From contig CAZELA010000003.1 of NCBI GenBank assembly GCA_964512835.1, forward strand, positions 15,516 through 79,515: a stretch of 64,000 bases of DNA, given 5' to 3'. Made by a program: the position numbers and the translations under genes. The notes under the pieces are model-generated. The model did no database searches. It saw only the letters and a list, made by a program, of their open reading frames with translations, and was not told the DNA's origin. Shown one piece after another: positions 20,257 through 28,815 of the stretch. How positions within the stretch are numbered: position 1 is the first letter of the stretch; each line of letters opens with the position of its first letter. The DNA is from an uncultured Candidatus Saccharibacteria bacterium (lineage in GTDB: Bacteria > Patescibacteriota > Minisyncoccia > Phycocordibacterales > UBA2100).

Positions 20257-20283
20257 GCAAAGGCCGCCGGAGATCCGGCGGCT
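20257..20283 (+). terminator. Rho-independent terminator after the small ORF
   Basis: Perfect 9-bp stem plus T-run, read from the sequence. Confidence 0.65.
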
Positions 20284-20284
20284 T

Positions 20285-22072
20285 TTATTTTTGGTCGTCC
20301 TCGCGCTCAAAGAGCAGTTCGTCCGGAAGACGGAACAGTCCTTCGTCGTTTCGTTTTTGCTCTATGAAGTGAGAAATGAATCCGACGGTACGCGGGATCA
20401 CGAAGAGCGCGTTAAAAAATTCGGCCTCGATGAGCTCCCCGATCTCGGAATCGGTGTATCCTTCTTTTTCCTGCAGCAGATCCAAAAGCAATGCCGCCAT
20501 CACCCCGTCCACGTTCAGTATCAAATTACCGTTTTTGCCGGTCGTGACCGCTTCGATCGCACGAGCAAAGTCATAGTGAGGATGATTCGAGAGCAGTGAA
20601 GCGAACTCTGAGAGCGCCGCGACGCGCGGATCAGGAATGCCGACACGATATTTCCGGTGCCCGATACCGGAAAGCAGCACGCCGGATTTATTTTTTGCCT
20701 CCACATATGCAGCGGCGTCGTGAGCGCCTGTCACCCCTTCGTGCCAGCTCCGGGCGGCCTCATTTACTGCACCGCCGAAACGCGGACCGACGGTAAGGAG
20801 TCCCGCTGCGAGCGACGCAACCATGTCTTTACCTGCCCGCGCCGTCACCATCGTGTTGACCGCGCCGGAGACATGACCGCCATGATCGATCAGGAGCTCA
20901 AAAATATTTTCCACGAATGCGGCCGTCTCAGCGGAAACCCGTTTACCGAGGAGTGCATGCAGCGCGGCGGACGCAAACGCATTCTGCGGCTGTTGCACGA
21001 GCGTACCGTCTTTCACGAAGCGCGGAACCTCGTCGAGGTCCACAATCTTGCGCGATGAGAGAATGCTGTGTTTCCGGTTCATGAACAGGGCTGTATCAAT
21101 GACGGTATCACGAACGGACGGGAGCGGAAGGTCGCGAAGTGCCTGCAAAAAAAGCGGAAACGACTCCGGGGCAACAGCGCCCGCGGCATTCAGCGCGTCG
21201 CGCTTCGCACGCGCACTTTCATCTTTGCGTGCAACGAGCGCCTTCGCATGACCGAACTGCATACGCTCGTCGAACGCTTCGTCGATGACGCCCGCAACAT
21301 AACAGATGATAGGCTTCGTCAGTTTTTTTGTCCGCATGAGATCGACGATCTCGTACTCGTCAGAACCGCCGAGCTCACCGAAATACACGATCGCTTTTGT
21401 GGCCACATCCCCTTCTGCGAGCGCAAGCACCTGCGAGAGCGCAGTGACCGGGAACCGATCTCCACCGATTGAGAGCGAGAAGGAAACGCGCTTGCCCGCA
21501 TGTGACACGGCGCGGATCAGCTCGTTGGTCATGCCGCCTGAGGTAGAGACGACCGCGACCGACCCTTCGGTCGCCAGATGCCCCGCCTCGATCTGCGCTG
21601 CGTCGGTGCCGCCGATCGCACCAAGCTTCAGATAATGCGGCACAAGCAGCCCGACACCCGAAGGTCCGGCGATAAGATATCGCTCACCATAGCGGGCAAT
21701 GAGTTCGGTCGCGTGACGCTCAGGCACGTTTTCTGCGAACAAGTGTGCTCCGAGCGCATCCGGAAACGCATCGAAAAAACCGCAGGTCGTTTGGAACGTG
21801 CGTCTACCCGACTGCGCATTGAGGAGCCACTGTATTCGCGCCCGCATACGCTCCGGTATTGCAGCGTAGTCCCGGTAGCATGGGATCAAAATTTCGCGTG
21901 CTCCAAAAAAGAATTTTTGAGCCTTTCTCGTACCGGCGATGATACCGACGACCGATGGGGCAGATTTACCGGACAAAGCGTCGAAATCCAGAATCGACTG
22001 CACGATGCCGGCATGATTACCGACGACCAATATGCCGTCCCCTCCCGTGCGTATGTGTTCGAGTATCGTCAT
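20285..22072 (-). CDS. aclA: ATP-citrate lyase alpha subunit (CoA-binding/phosphohistidine domain plus citrate-synthase-like domain)
   Basis: Motif-level match to the C-terminal half of eukaryotic ACLY: 'MQFGHAKA' vs 'VQFGHAGA' catalytic His; 'HGGHVSGAVNTMVTARAGKDMVASLAAGLLTVGPRFGGA'; 'GIGHRKYRVGIPDPRV'; 'NLILNVDGVMAALLLDLL'; 'ALFVIPRTVGFISHFIEQKR'. 595 aa, typical of bacterial AclA. Confidence 0.88.
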   Translation of the reverse strand: MTILEHIRTGGDGILVVGNHAGIVQSILDFDALSGKSAPSVVGIIAGTRKAQKFFFGAREILIPCYRDYAAIPERMRARIQWLLNAQSGRRTFQTTCGFFDAFPDALGAHLFAENVPERHATELIARYGERYLIAGPSGVGLLVPHYLKLGAIGGTDAAQIEAGHLATEGSVAVVSTSGGMTNELIRAVSHAGKRVSFSLSIGGDRFPVTALSQVLALAEGDVATKAIVYFGELGGSDEYEIVDLMRTKKLTKPIICYVAGVIDEAFDERMQFGHAKALVARKDESARAKRDALNAAGAVAPESFPLFLQALRDLPLPSVRDTVIDTALFMNRKHSILSSRKIVDLDEVPRFVKDGTLVQQPQNAFASAALHALLGKRVSAETAAFVENIFELLIDHGGHVSGAVNTMVTARAGKDMVASLAAGLLTVGPRFGGAVNEAARSWHEGVTGAHDAAAYVEAKNKSGVLLSGIGHRKYRVGIPDPRVAALSEFASLLSNHPHYDFARAIEAVTTGKNGNLILNVDGVMAALLLDLLQEKEGYTDSEIGELIEAEFFNALFVIPRTVGFISHFIEQKRNDEGLFRLPDELLFEREDDQK

Positions 22073-23220
22073 GAGTGTATGTAGTGTATTGCCTCTTCGA
22101 CCGCGCGCGTGATTACCTCGTTCGAGCCATATACCGCACCGAGCAGCGATTCTCGTTCCAGAAAGTCATACATGAGTGAGAGCCCCGCGGCTTCGTTCGG
22201 ACCGCCGCGTCGGACGAATACTTTGATCCCCTGCTCACGCATACGCGGAGCGACCTCGGTAAGGGCGTCAATGATTCCAAGAAAGGTCTTTTTTACATCA
22301 GTGAAATTCGCGACGCCGCCCGCGATCACGAGTGCCTTTTTCGGTGCAGTTGAACCGAGCATGAGTGCAGCGATCTGCCGGGCATACAGAAATGTTTCCT
22401 CGCGTGTCGGGCCGCCGCTGTATTCGCCGTAATTCGCGAGCGCTCCGCCAAGTCCCTGCACCTGCACTTCATCGGCGATGACGATCGAGCCCCCGCCGCC
22501 TGAGAGCAGAAAGAATAGTGCCCCGTTCGGGTTGATGACCGAAAGCTTAAGGGAGGCCGGTGTCGTCGCGGCGAGTGCTTCTACCGCGTCCTCTGCCGGA
22601 TGTTTCGAGCGTGCGGTTATTACATCGTCACCCTTCCACGAATCACGTACAAAAAACTCGCCCGCACTGTCCACCAGCGCAGCAGCATCAAGGAGTTCCG
22701 CCATACCGTCTTGAACCACAAGCGGATTGATCTCGAGGAACGCAAAGAATTCTTTGTCGAACGCGACGAACACGCGCTCAAGAAATGGAGCGGGCACACC
22801 GGTCGTCTCGGCGATCTGCGCAACATCATTCGCGGTACGGATCAGAAATGTCTGCACGGCCTCCGGGTGCGCCTCGATGTCGACGCCGCCGTCCCGTGCG
22901 TACAGCACGCGGACACCTTCGCGCACGCGTTCGAATGAAATATAGCGGTCGTTCTGTGCATCGTGTTCAAAATACGGGTCGAGGATGAACTGAGAAAACC
23001 CTTTGGCTTCCCACGAGGCGATCGCGGCCCTGATGTCCGCCTCGCCCTTGTCCACAACGACAAGCCCCTGCTTAAAACGCTTCTTGATTCCCTGATCGAC
23101 TTTTGCGACCCACCGACCGGCCGGTATCGATATAGCACCCGAGCGGAGCTGTACGCCTGAATAGCGCTCGCCGAGCAAGATCTTTTTTGCTGTATATTCG
23201 CTCAGTTTTACGCGCGCCAT
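22069..23220 (-). CDS. aclB: ATP-citrate lyase beta subunit (ATP-grasp, succinyl-CoA-synthetase-beta-like)
   Basis: 'LEINPLVV', 'SLKLSVINPNG', 'GGGGSIVIADE...LANYGEYSGGP', 'VIAGGVANFTDV', 'VFVRRGGPNE' match the ACLY N-terminal region. Its stop overlaps the aclA start (ATGA coupling). Confidence 0.88.
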   Translation of the reverse strand: MARVKLSEYTAKKILLGERYSGVQLRSGAISIPAGRWVAKVDQGIKKRFKQGLVVVDKGEADIRAAIASWEAKGFSQFILDPYFEHDAQNDRYISFERVREGVRVLYARDGGVDIEAHPEAVQTFLIRTANDVAQIAETTGVPAPFLERVFVAFDKEFFAFLEINPLVVQDGMAELLDAAALVDSAGEFFVRDSWKGDDVITARSKHPAEDAVEALAATTPASLKLSVINPNGALFFLLSGGGGSIVIADEVQVQGLGGALANYGEYSGGPTREETFLYARQIAALMLGSTAPKKALVIAGGVANFTDVKKTFLGIIDALTEVAPRMREQGIKVFVRRGGPNEAAGLSLMYDFLERESLLGAVYGSNEVITRAVEEAIHYIHS

Positions 23221-23816
23221 GTATCGTTTTCAAACATTGCACTCCAGTCGTTGTCAGGATCGGAGTACTCCTCAGAATAAATAAAACCAAGCTTATTTGC
23301 GAGCGCGACACTTGCCTCGTTATGTGAACTGACGCCGGCCCACAGCTTTGCATCAGGATGTCGAGCCTTGTAATCATCGATCACATACCGCATAAATCCC
23401 GTCATAAGACCCTGACCGCGGAAGCGCCCGTAGGACCGGTACACGACCGTGTGTGCGTCACCCTTCGCCTGTGCATACTCCTCTTTCAGTTCGGCCTCGG
23501 TTAGATAGCGAAGCGACTTACGCCCGATAGGTTTCGGACCGAACCATGCAAGCGCCGCCAAGCTACCTTCGGAACTGACGAGCGCATATGGTGTACGTTC
23601 CTTTCCGAACCACTCTTCGTAGGAGCCTTCGACGAATCGCTTCCGGTCGGATGTATGTGCATGGAGGTCGTGATCGCCGTCATCGGATGAATACGATATC
23701 AATTGCCTGACGAGCGCATGATCGAGTCCGATGACGATATCGAACTGCTCACCCGCCTTCGACTGCATTGAACCGATCGATGCGCGTTCAAAAATGGGCG
23801 GGATTTGAATCATCAT
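23208..23816 (-). CDS. GNAT-family N-acetyltransferase (putative)
   Basis: 'RGQGLMTGFMRYVID' looks like motif A; size ~200 aa. Weak call. Confidence 0.5.
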   Translation of the reverse strand: MMIQIPPIFERASIGSMQSKAGEQFDIVIGLDHALVRQLISYSSDDGDHDLHAHTSDRKRFVEGSYEEWFGKERTPYALVSSEGSLAALAWFGPKPIGRKSLRYLTEAELKEEYAQAKGDAHTVVYRSYGRFRGQGLMTGFMRYVIDDYKARHPDAKLWAGVSSHNEASVALANKLGFIYSEEYSDPDNDWSAMFENDTWRA

Positions 23817-23828
23817 GAGAGACTACCG

Positions 23829-24398
23829 CTACAAATGAGTCTCCGCAATCGCGCGGTTGATTGATTTGAGCATTGTTTCCCGCATGATCTCCGCTTCCTG
23901 CAAGTGGGCGCTCTCGAACGATGTATGTGAAAAGAGCGTCGTGCGCAGTGCTTCCTGCGAGATGTACCCGAGCGCAAACAGCACGCGTGCGACCGAGACG
24001 ATCTCGATCGTCGGGAGCGCATCATCGCTCGCACTCATGCACGCGCGGTGTGATTCCGCGAGCACATCAAAAAGATACTCGTTCTTCTCCTCGCCGGCGA
24101 CGAGCCGTTGTGTGAGCTCACACACGCGCACGAATGCATACAGTCCGGCACCGCTTTTCGGGAGCGAGCGGGCGGTCGCACCCGCTAATCGCCAGCCCCG
24201 CTTACCTTTTACGAGGGACGCATTCGCATAACTGTAATTCTGCGTCGCGTAGCGCATCTTTGAATGCTCGGAACGTATCGCACTTGCGCGTGCACGCACA
24301 AGCCCGAAATCGCGGGTCATGAGCGAAACAACACGGTCTGCTTCGCCGCGGGCATCTCCCCCCAATACGATCACATCGGTGTGGTACTTCTGGTACAT
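23829..24398 (-). CDS. Possible DNA repair protein RecO-like (short)
   Basis: N-terminal OB-like 'DVIVLGGDARGEADRVVSLMTRDFGLVRARA' resembles RecO. Only 189 aa, so weak. Confidence 0.4.
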   Translation of the reverse strand: MYQKYHTDVIVLGGDARGEADRVVSLMTRDFGLVRARASAIRSEHSKMRYATQNYSYANASLVKGKRGWRLAGATARSLPKSGAGLYAFVRVCELTQRLVAGEEKNEYLFDVLAESHRACMSASDDALPTIEIVSVARVLFALGYISQEALRTTLFSHTSFESAHLQEAEIMRETMLKSINRAIAETHL

Positions 24399-24400
24399 CG

Positions 24401-27283
24401 TTAGATCTCCAACGTAACACGCTTCTTCGGTGCTTCGACAAAATCGATCGCGAGCACCCTGGTCGCGCCGGAGAGTTCACCCACGAATTGCTTGAGGATC
24501 GCAATCTCGTCGCTCGGCGCTTCGATGACCGCGCGTGTAACGGAGTCTGCCGGTGCGAGATTCGCATCCTTGCGAGCACCCTGCAACAGGCGTCGTACTT
24601 CGCGCACCAGTCCTTCCTGCAACAACTCTTCCGTGACGGTGGTATCGAGCGATACGCCGACACCGCTCTCAAACCGGACCTCTTTGACGTTCACCTCATC
24701 CTTAATGAGTTCAAGAAACTCATTGATGCCCGGTGTCTCGGCGCCATACACATCGGTCGTGCCGATCGCGAGCATGCGCAGCGGCTGACGGACATTCAAC
24801 TTCTTGTCCTCTCGCTCTTTGAGCGCCTGGGACACAATGAGACGCGTCGCGAACATGCGTGTAAGCAGCTGCGCAGCATCGGTGTCATGCGCCAGCATTT
24901 CCGGCCACGTAGAAAGGTGGACGCTTTCTTCGTCCTCTCCTTCGCGTACGGCTTGGAACAGGTACTCAGCATAGAACGGCATGGTCGGAGCCATCACGCG
25001 CGAGAGCGTATGCAGCACATAGCGCAGCGTCGCCAGCGCCGCTTTTTTATCCGAACCCTCCTCTTTGAATCGCTCACGGGAACGGCGCAGGTACCACACG
25101 GACAGGTCGTCGATGAACTGCGGAAGCGGCCGCACTGCCTCGTCGAGCTCGTACGCCTCGAACCCTTCGGTTGCTTCACCGACCAGGGCATTTACACGAG
25201 CGATGATCCACCTGTCCAGAACGTGTGCACTCTTGAAGTCTCGGACCGTACCGTCTTCATAGAGTTTGTAGAATTCGAGCACGTTATTGAGGCGACCGAT
25301 GTTCTTCTTGAGCGTTTCGTCGACTCCGTTTTCCGAGAAGTTCAGGTTCTCTGCTTTCAAGAGCGGCGACGAAAGCATGTACAAACGCAACGCGTCGGCT
25401 CCGTACTTGTTGATCACATGCATCGGGTCGGGATAATTGTTGAGACGTTTCGACATCTTCTTGCCGTCTTCGGCGAGCACGATCCCGTGCGCCACGACGT
25501 TCTGAAACGCGTTCACATTGAACGTTGCTCCTGCGAGCACGTGCAGGTAGTAGAACCATGCACGGAACTGACCCGTGTATTCGGTTATAAACTGGGCCGG
25601 GAATGTTTTCTCGAACCGGTCTTTGTTCTCGAAGGGATAGTGCACCTGGCCGTACGGCATCGATCCTGAATCGAACCATGTGTCGAGCACATCGGGAATG
25701 CGGCGCATGGTTTTGCCGCAGGTGCACGGTACGGTTACCTCGTCGATGATGTGTTTGTGGAGGTCGTCGACGGTGGTTCCGCTCGCCGCTTCGAGCTCTG
25801 CGACCGATCCGAATACACGCTGGGTTTTGCACGATTCGCACACCCACATCGGAATGACGCTCGCCCAGAATCGCTGACGGCTGATGCCCCAATCCTTGGC
25901 ACCTTCGAGCCATTTACCGAATAACCCCTCCTTTATATGCGACGGTGACCAGTTCACGTTCTGTGCGGTTCGGAGTAACTCTTCTTTCAGTTTTGAGACC
26001 GAAACGAACCACGACGATGTCGCGTAGTTCAACAGCGGAGTGTCGCAACGCCAGCAATGCGGATACGAGTGCGTGATGTTCTCTTTTGAAAAGAAGGTAC
26101 CGTGGCCCTGAAGATATTTGAGTACCGCGATGTCCATCGCCATGCGCACGCGATCCTCGGCGTTCGGCTTAACTTCCATGCCGGCAAAGTCCGTAACCTC
26201 GGACTTAACCGTCCCGTCAAAGTTCACATGCTGCACGAACGGCAGATTCACCTGCTTCAGCAGCTCCCAGTCTTCGGCACCGAATGCGGGCGCTTCGTGT
26301 GCGATACCGGTACCGCTATCAGCCGTGATGAAATCCGCTGCGTAGATTTTCCAACCGTTCTCGCGATTCTTGAGCGTTTCGTCTTTGGCGTAGTAATCAA
26401 AAAGCGGCACATACTGTTTGCCGACGAGTTCACTACCCTTCTGCGTTCGAACGACGCCATACTCCTGTCCGCCAAAAATACTATCGAGCCGATCTTTGGC
26501 GAGAACGAATCGAACCGTCTCCCCCGTCCCGTCGTCCTTTTTCTCGACAGTCACGTAGTCGATATCCTTGTTGACCGCGAGTGCGACATTTCCCGGGAGC
26601 GTCCACGGGGTTGTGGTCCAGGCGAGGTATGACAACTTCGGGTCCTCAACGGAGCGAAATTCGGCGGTCACCGAAATATCCTTGATCTCTTTGTAACCCT
26701 CACTCACCTCTTGTTGGGAGAGCGTAGTCTCGCAGCGCGTGCAGATGTGCATCGAGCGGTAGTCCTCATACACGAGACCCTTGTCGTAGATATTCTTGAA
26801 CACCCACCACACGCTTTCCATGTAGGGCTTATCCATCGTGCGGTACGCGTTCTGCATATCCACCCAGCGGCCCGTACGCGGAATGATCTGTTCCCACTCG
26901 TGCGCATACGTCATCACTTGATCACGGCACGCCTCGTTGAACTTCGCGATACCGAAGTCCTTGATGTCTTTTTTGTGTTTAAAGCCGAGCTGTTTTTCGA
27001 CGATGTTCTCGATAGGCAGTCCGTGACAGTCCCACCCCCACACACGAGGGACCGAGTAGCCGCGCATGGTTTTGTATCGCGGTACGACGTCTTTGATCAT
27101 GCCGGTCACGAGGTGGCCGTAGTGCGGCAGACCGGTTGCAAACGGCGGTCCGTCGTAGAAAACAAATTCACCGTTCGGCGCGTCCTGCGCAACCGATTTC
27201 TCGAAAATCTTGTGCTCGTTCCAAAACGCCAGGATCTCCTCCTCGCGCTTGGCAACCCCTGATTTGTCGGCGTTTTCAGCCAT
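24401..27283 (-). CDS. ileS: Isoleucyl-tRNA synthetase (type 2, eukaryote-like)
   Basis: 'PPFATGLPHYGHL' (HIGH), 'KMSKRLNNYPDP' (KMSKS), CP1 editing domain and zinc-binding Cys cluster; 960 aa. Confidence 0.97.
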   Translation of the reverse strand: MAENADKSGVAKREEEILAFWNEHKIFEKSVAQDAPNGEFVFYDGPPFATGLPHYGHLVTGMIKDVVPRYKTMRGYSVPRVWGWDCHGLPIENIVEKQLGFKHKKDIKDFGIAKFNEACRDQVMTYAHEWEQIIPRTGRWVDMQNAYRTMDKPYMESVWWVFKNIYDKGLVYEDYRSMHICTRCETTLSQQEVSEGYKEIKDISVTAEFRSVEDPKLSYLAWTTTPWTLPGNVALAVNKDIDYVTVEKKDDGTGETVRFVLAKDRLDSIFGGQEYGVVRTQKGSELVGKQYVPLFDYYAKDETLKNRENGWKIYAADFITADSGTGIAHEAPAFGAEDWELLKQVNLPFVQHVNFDGTVKSEVTDFAGMEVKPNAEDRVRMAMDIAVLKYLQGHGTFFSKENITHSYPHCWRCDTPLLNYATSSWFVSVSKLKEELLRTAQNVNWSPSHIKEGLFGKWLEGAKDWGISRQRFWASVIPMWVCESCKTQRVFGSVAELEAASGTTVDDLHKHIIDEVTVPCTCGKTMRRIPDVLDTWFDSGSMPYGQVHYPFENKDRFEKTFPAQFITEYTGQFRAWFYYLHVLAGATFNVNAFQNVVAHGIVLAEDGKKMSKRLNNYPDPMHVINKYGADALRLYMLSSPLLKAENLNFSENGVDETLKKNIGRLNNVLEFYKLYEDGTVRDFKSAHVLDRWIIARVNALVGEATEGFEAYELDEAVRPLPQFIDDLSVWYLRRSRERFKEEGSDKKAALATLRYVLHTLSRVMAPTMPFYAEYLFQAVREGEDEESVHLSTWPEMLAHDTDAAQLLTRMFATRLIVSQALKEREDKKLNVRQPLRMLAIGTTDVYGAETPGINEFLELIKDEVNVKEVRFESGVGVSLDTTVTEELLQEGLVREVRRLLQGARKDANLAPADSVTRAVIEAPSDEIAILKQFVGELSGATRVLAIDFVEAPKKRVTLEI

Positions 27284-27300
27284 ATTCGATGAATCCTATC

Positions 27301-27337
27301 AAAAATCAAAGACCGGCGCGAAAAGCGAGCGCCGGTC
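27301..27337 (-). terminator. Rho-independent terminator (GACCGGCGC-loop-GCGCCGGTC plus TTTGATTTTT on the minus strand), ending 17 nt upstream of the ileS ATG
   Basis: Read from the sequence. The position suggests an attenuator or leader for ileS as well as a terminator for the upstream small ORF. Confidence 0.65.
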
Positions 27338-27359
27338 TTGATATGAGGAACGGATTGCT

Positions 27360-27563
27360 CTACCCCGAAACGAGACGGGGCCTGAACGGGGGTTCGACGA
27401 AGTGCTTGCTGTGAATGGCAGCCGGCATGTGTGGACCGGCGGCGCCGGTGAGCCTGGCCAGGTCGGTCGAGTTGTTGCAGATCCCCTGCACGTAGGTGCC
27501 GTTGACGACAACACCGCAGAGCTTGGGATAACTACCGTCGGTCACCTGAGACACATTGTCCAT
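27360..27563 (-). CDS. Small hypothetical protein (67 aa) or part of an ileS leader RNA
   Basis: GGAGGA RBS 8 nt upstream of the ATG and a terminator after the stop. No homologue recognised; may be non-coding leader instead. Confidence 0.4.
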   Translation of the reverse strand: MDNVSQVTDGSYPKLCGVVVNGTYVQGICNNSTDLARLTGAAGPHMPAAIHSKHFVEPPFRPRLVSG

Positions 27564-27662
27564 TCTCGTGTTCCTCCGCTTTTGAGCACAGGAAGCTGAT
27601 CTTCCCTTGCCATGATTAAGCGTACCAACCTCTTGATTTGGAGCAAGCGTTGTATGTGATGT

Positions 27663-27688
27663 AAAAGCCGGCGTTCATGCCGGCTTTT
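27663..27688. terminator. Bidirectional terminator AAAAGCCGGC-gttcat-GCCGGCTTTT
   Basis: Perfect hairpin with A/T runs on both sides. Confidence 0.7.
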
Positions 27689-27705
27689 GTCTTGCGTCGA
27701 GTGCT

Positions 27706-28014
27706 TCAAGGTATCGGTACCGCAACGATTAGGCCGCCCTGGTCGACGGTCTCGGCGAGCCATTCGGCCTCGCCATCATGCGAGCATCGCATAACGCGCG
27801 AGCGACGCGAAGGATCATGTCGATTCTGCAGAAACTGATACCAGAACAGTCCGCGCGCGAACAATTGCTTCACCGCCTCGCCGGAAGCAACAGTCTCTCC
27901 CTCGAGGTCCTGATTCCAATCAATGACGGACTCGGGAGCCACCGGCGGAGCCGAGTACACGGCTACCGGAGCGGATAGTTGCACGATGGGAACCTGGACT
28001 TTCGGATGTCGCAT
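27706..28014 (-). CDS. Hypothetical protein (102 aa)
   Basis: AGGAGG RBS 6 nt upstream of the ATG, terminator immediately downstream. No family recognised. Confidence 0.5.
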   Translation of the reverse strand: MRHPKVQVPIVQLSAPVAVYSAPPVAPESVIDWNQDLEGETVASGEAVKQLFARGLFWYQFLQNRHDPSRRSRVMRCSHDGEAEWLAETVDQGGLIVAVPIP

Positions 28015-28083
28015 GTCGTCCTCCTGCCTATTTCCACAGCCAGACTATGCAAACTATAGAAAAAAGCAATTTCGGAATACAGG

Positions 28084-28110
28084 AAAGTCCGGCGCGGGCG
28101 CCGGACTTTG
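28084..28110. terminator. Terminator after the HAD hydrolase gene (AGTCCGGCGC-ggg-GCGCCGGACT)
   Basis: Read from the sequence. Confidence 0.6.
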
Positions 28111-28120
28111 AAAAACCCTG

Positions 28121-28753
28121 CTACTGCAGGAAATACTCTTTGGGAAGCTCGCGCAAGTCGCGAACGATTGCGTCGGCCGGATAGTCCGTGCGGTCGTCAG
28201 AGACCAGCGCAACGCATCGCATACCTGCGGCGCGTGCACCGATCATACCGCTCACACCATCCTCGACGACGATGCAGTCGCGCGGATTCACTCCCATGCG
28301 CGCCGCAGCGAGCAGAAACACATCCGGCGCAGGTTTCCCTTGTGCAACCTCTTTTGAACTTGCAAAGGCGTCGAAGCGCCATTTGATACCGATCGTGCGC
28401 AAGACCAAATCGACGACCGGAGGCCGCGACGCGGATGCGACACCGAGCGGCGTCAGGCCCCAGAGCGACTCCAGTCGTTTGACCGTACCTTCAATCGGCG
28501 TGAACTCATCGACACACGCCATGAACCGCTCCGCTTTCCTGTCGGAGAGCGCCGGATCGTGCGTATACGGCAACCCGCGATCGGCGTGAAGCTCTGCGAA
28601 CTGGTCGCGAAGCGACCTTCCCGAAAAGCGTCGGGTGATCTCTTCGGGCGTGATCTCGATTCCGAACAACTCCTTCAGCATTTCGGATTCGATACGCGAG
28701 TGAATTCGCTGCGAATCGGCAAGCACGCCGTCCATATCGAAAATAACAGGCAC
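28121..28753 (-). CDS. HAD-superfamily hydrolase (beta-phosphoglucomutase-like subfamily IA)
   Basis: 'VIFDMDGVLADS' motif I and downstream HAD motifs. Likely GTG start (M)PVIFDMDG preceded by a GGGAGG RBS; the track ATG at 28852 overlaps argS. Confidence 0.85.
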   Translation of the reverse strand: MPVIFDMDGVLADSQRIHSRIESEMLKELFGIEITPEEITRRFSGRSLRDQFAELHADRGLPYTHDPALSDRKAERFMACVDEFTPIEGTVKRLESLWGLTPLGVASASRPPVVDLVLRTIGIKWRFDAFASSKEVAQGKPAPDVFLLAAARMGVNPRDCIVVEDGVSGMIGARAAGMRCVALVSDDRTDYPADAIVRDLRELPKEYFLQ

Positions 28754-28815
28754 GTTTCTACCTCCCTTGTTGTCCGTATTCGAGACTACCCTACCGTGCG
28801 CAGCTATGCACGCGC

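Noticed and set aside
24488-25669. 393-aa plus-strand ORF
   Set aside because: It lies entirely antisense within ileS.
27284-27700. T-box riboswitch upstream of ileS
   Set aside because: The terminator position is suggestive, but I could not locate the T-box consensus (AGGGUGGNACCGCG), a specifier loop or an AGAGA/GNUGA K-turn. It is left as an unexplained leader, not a T-box call.
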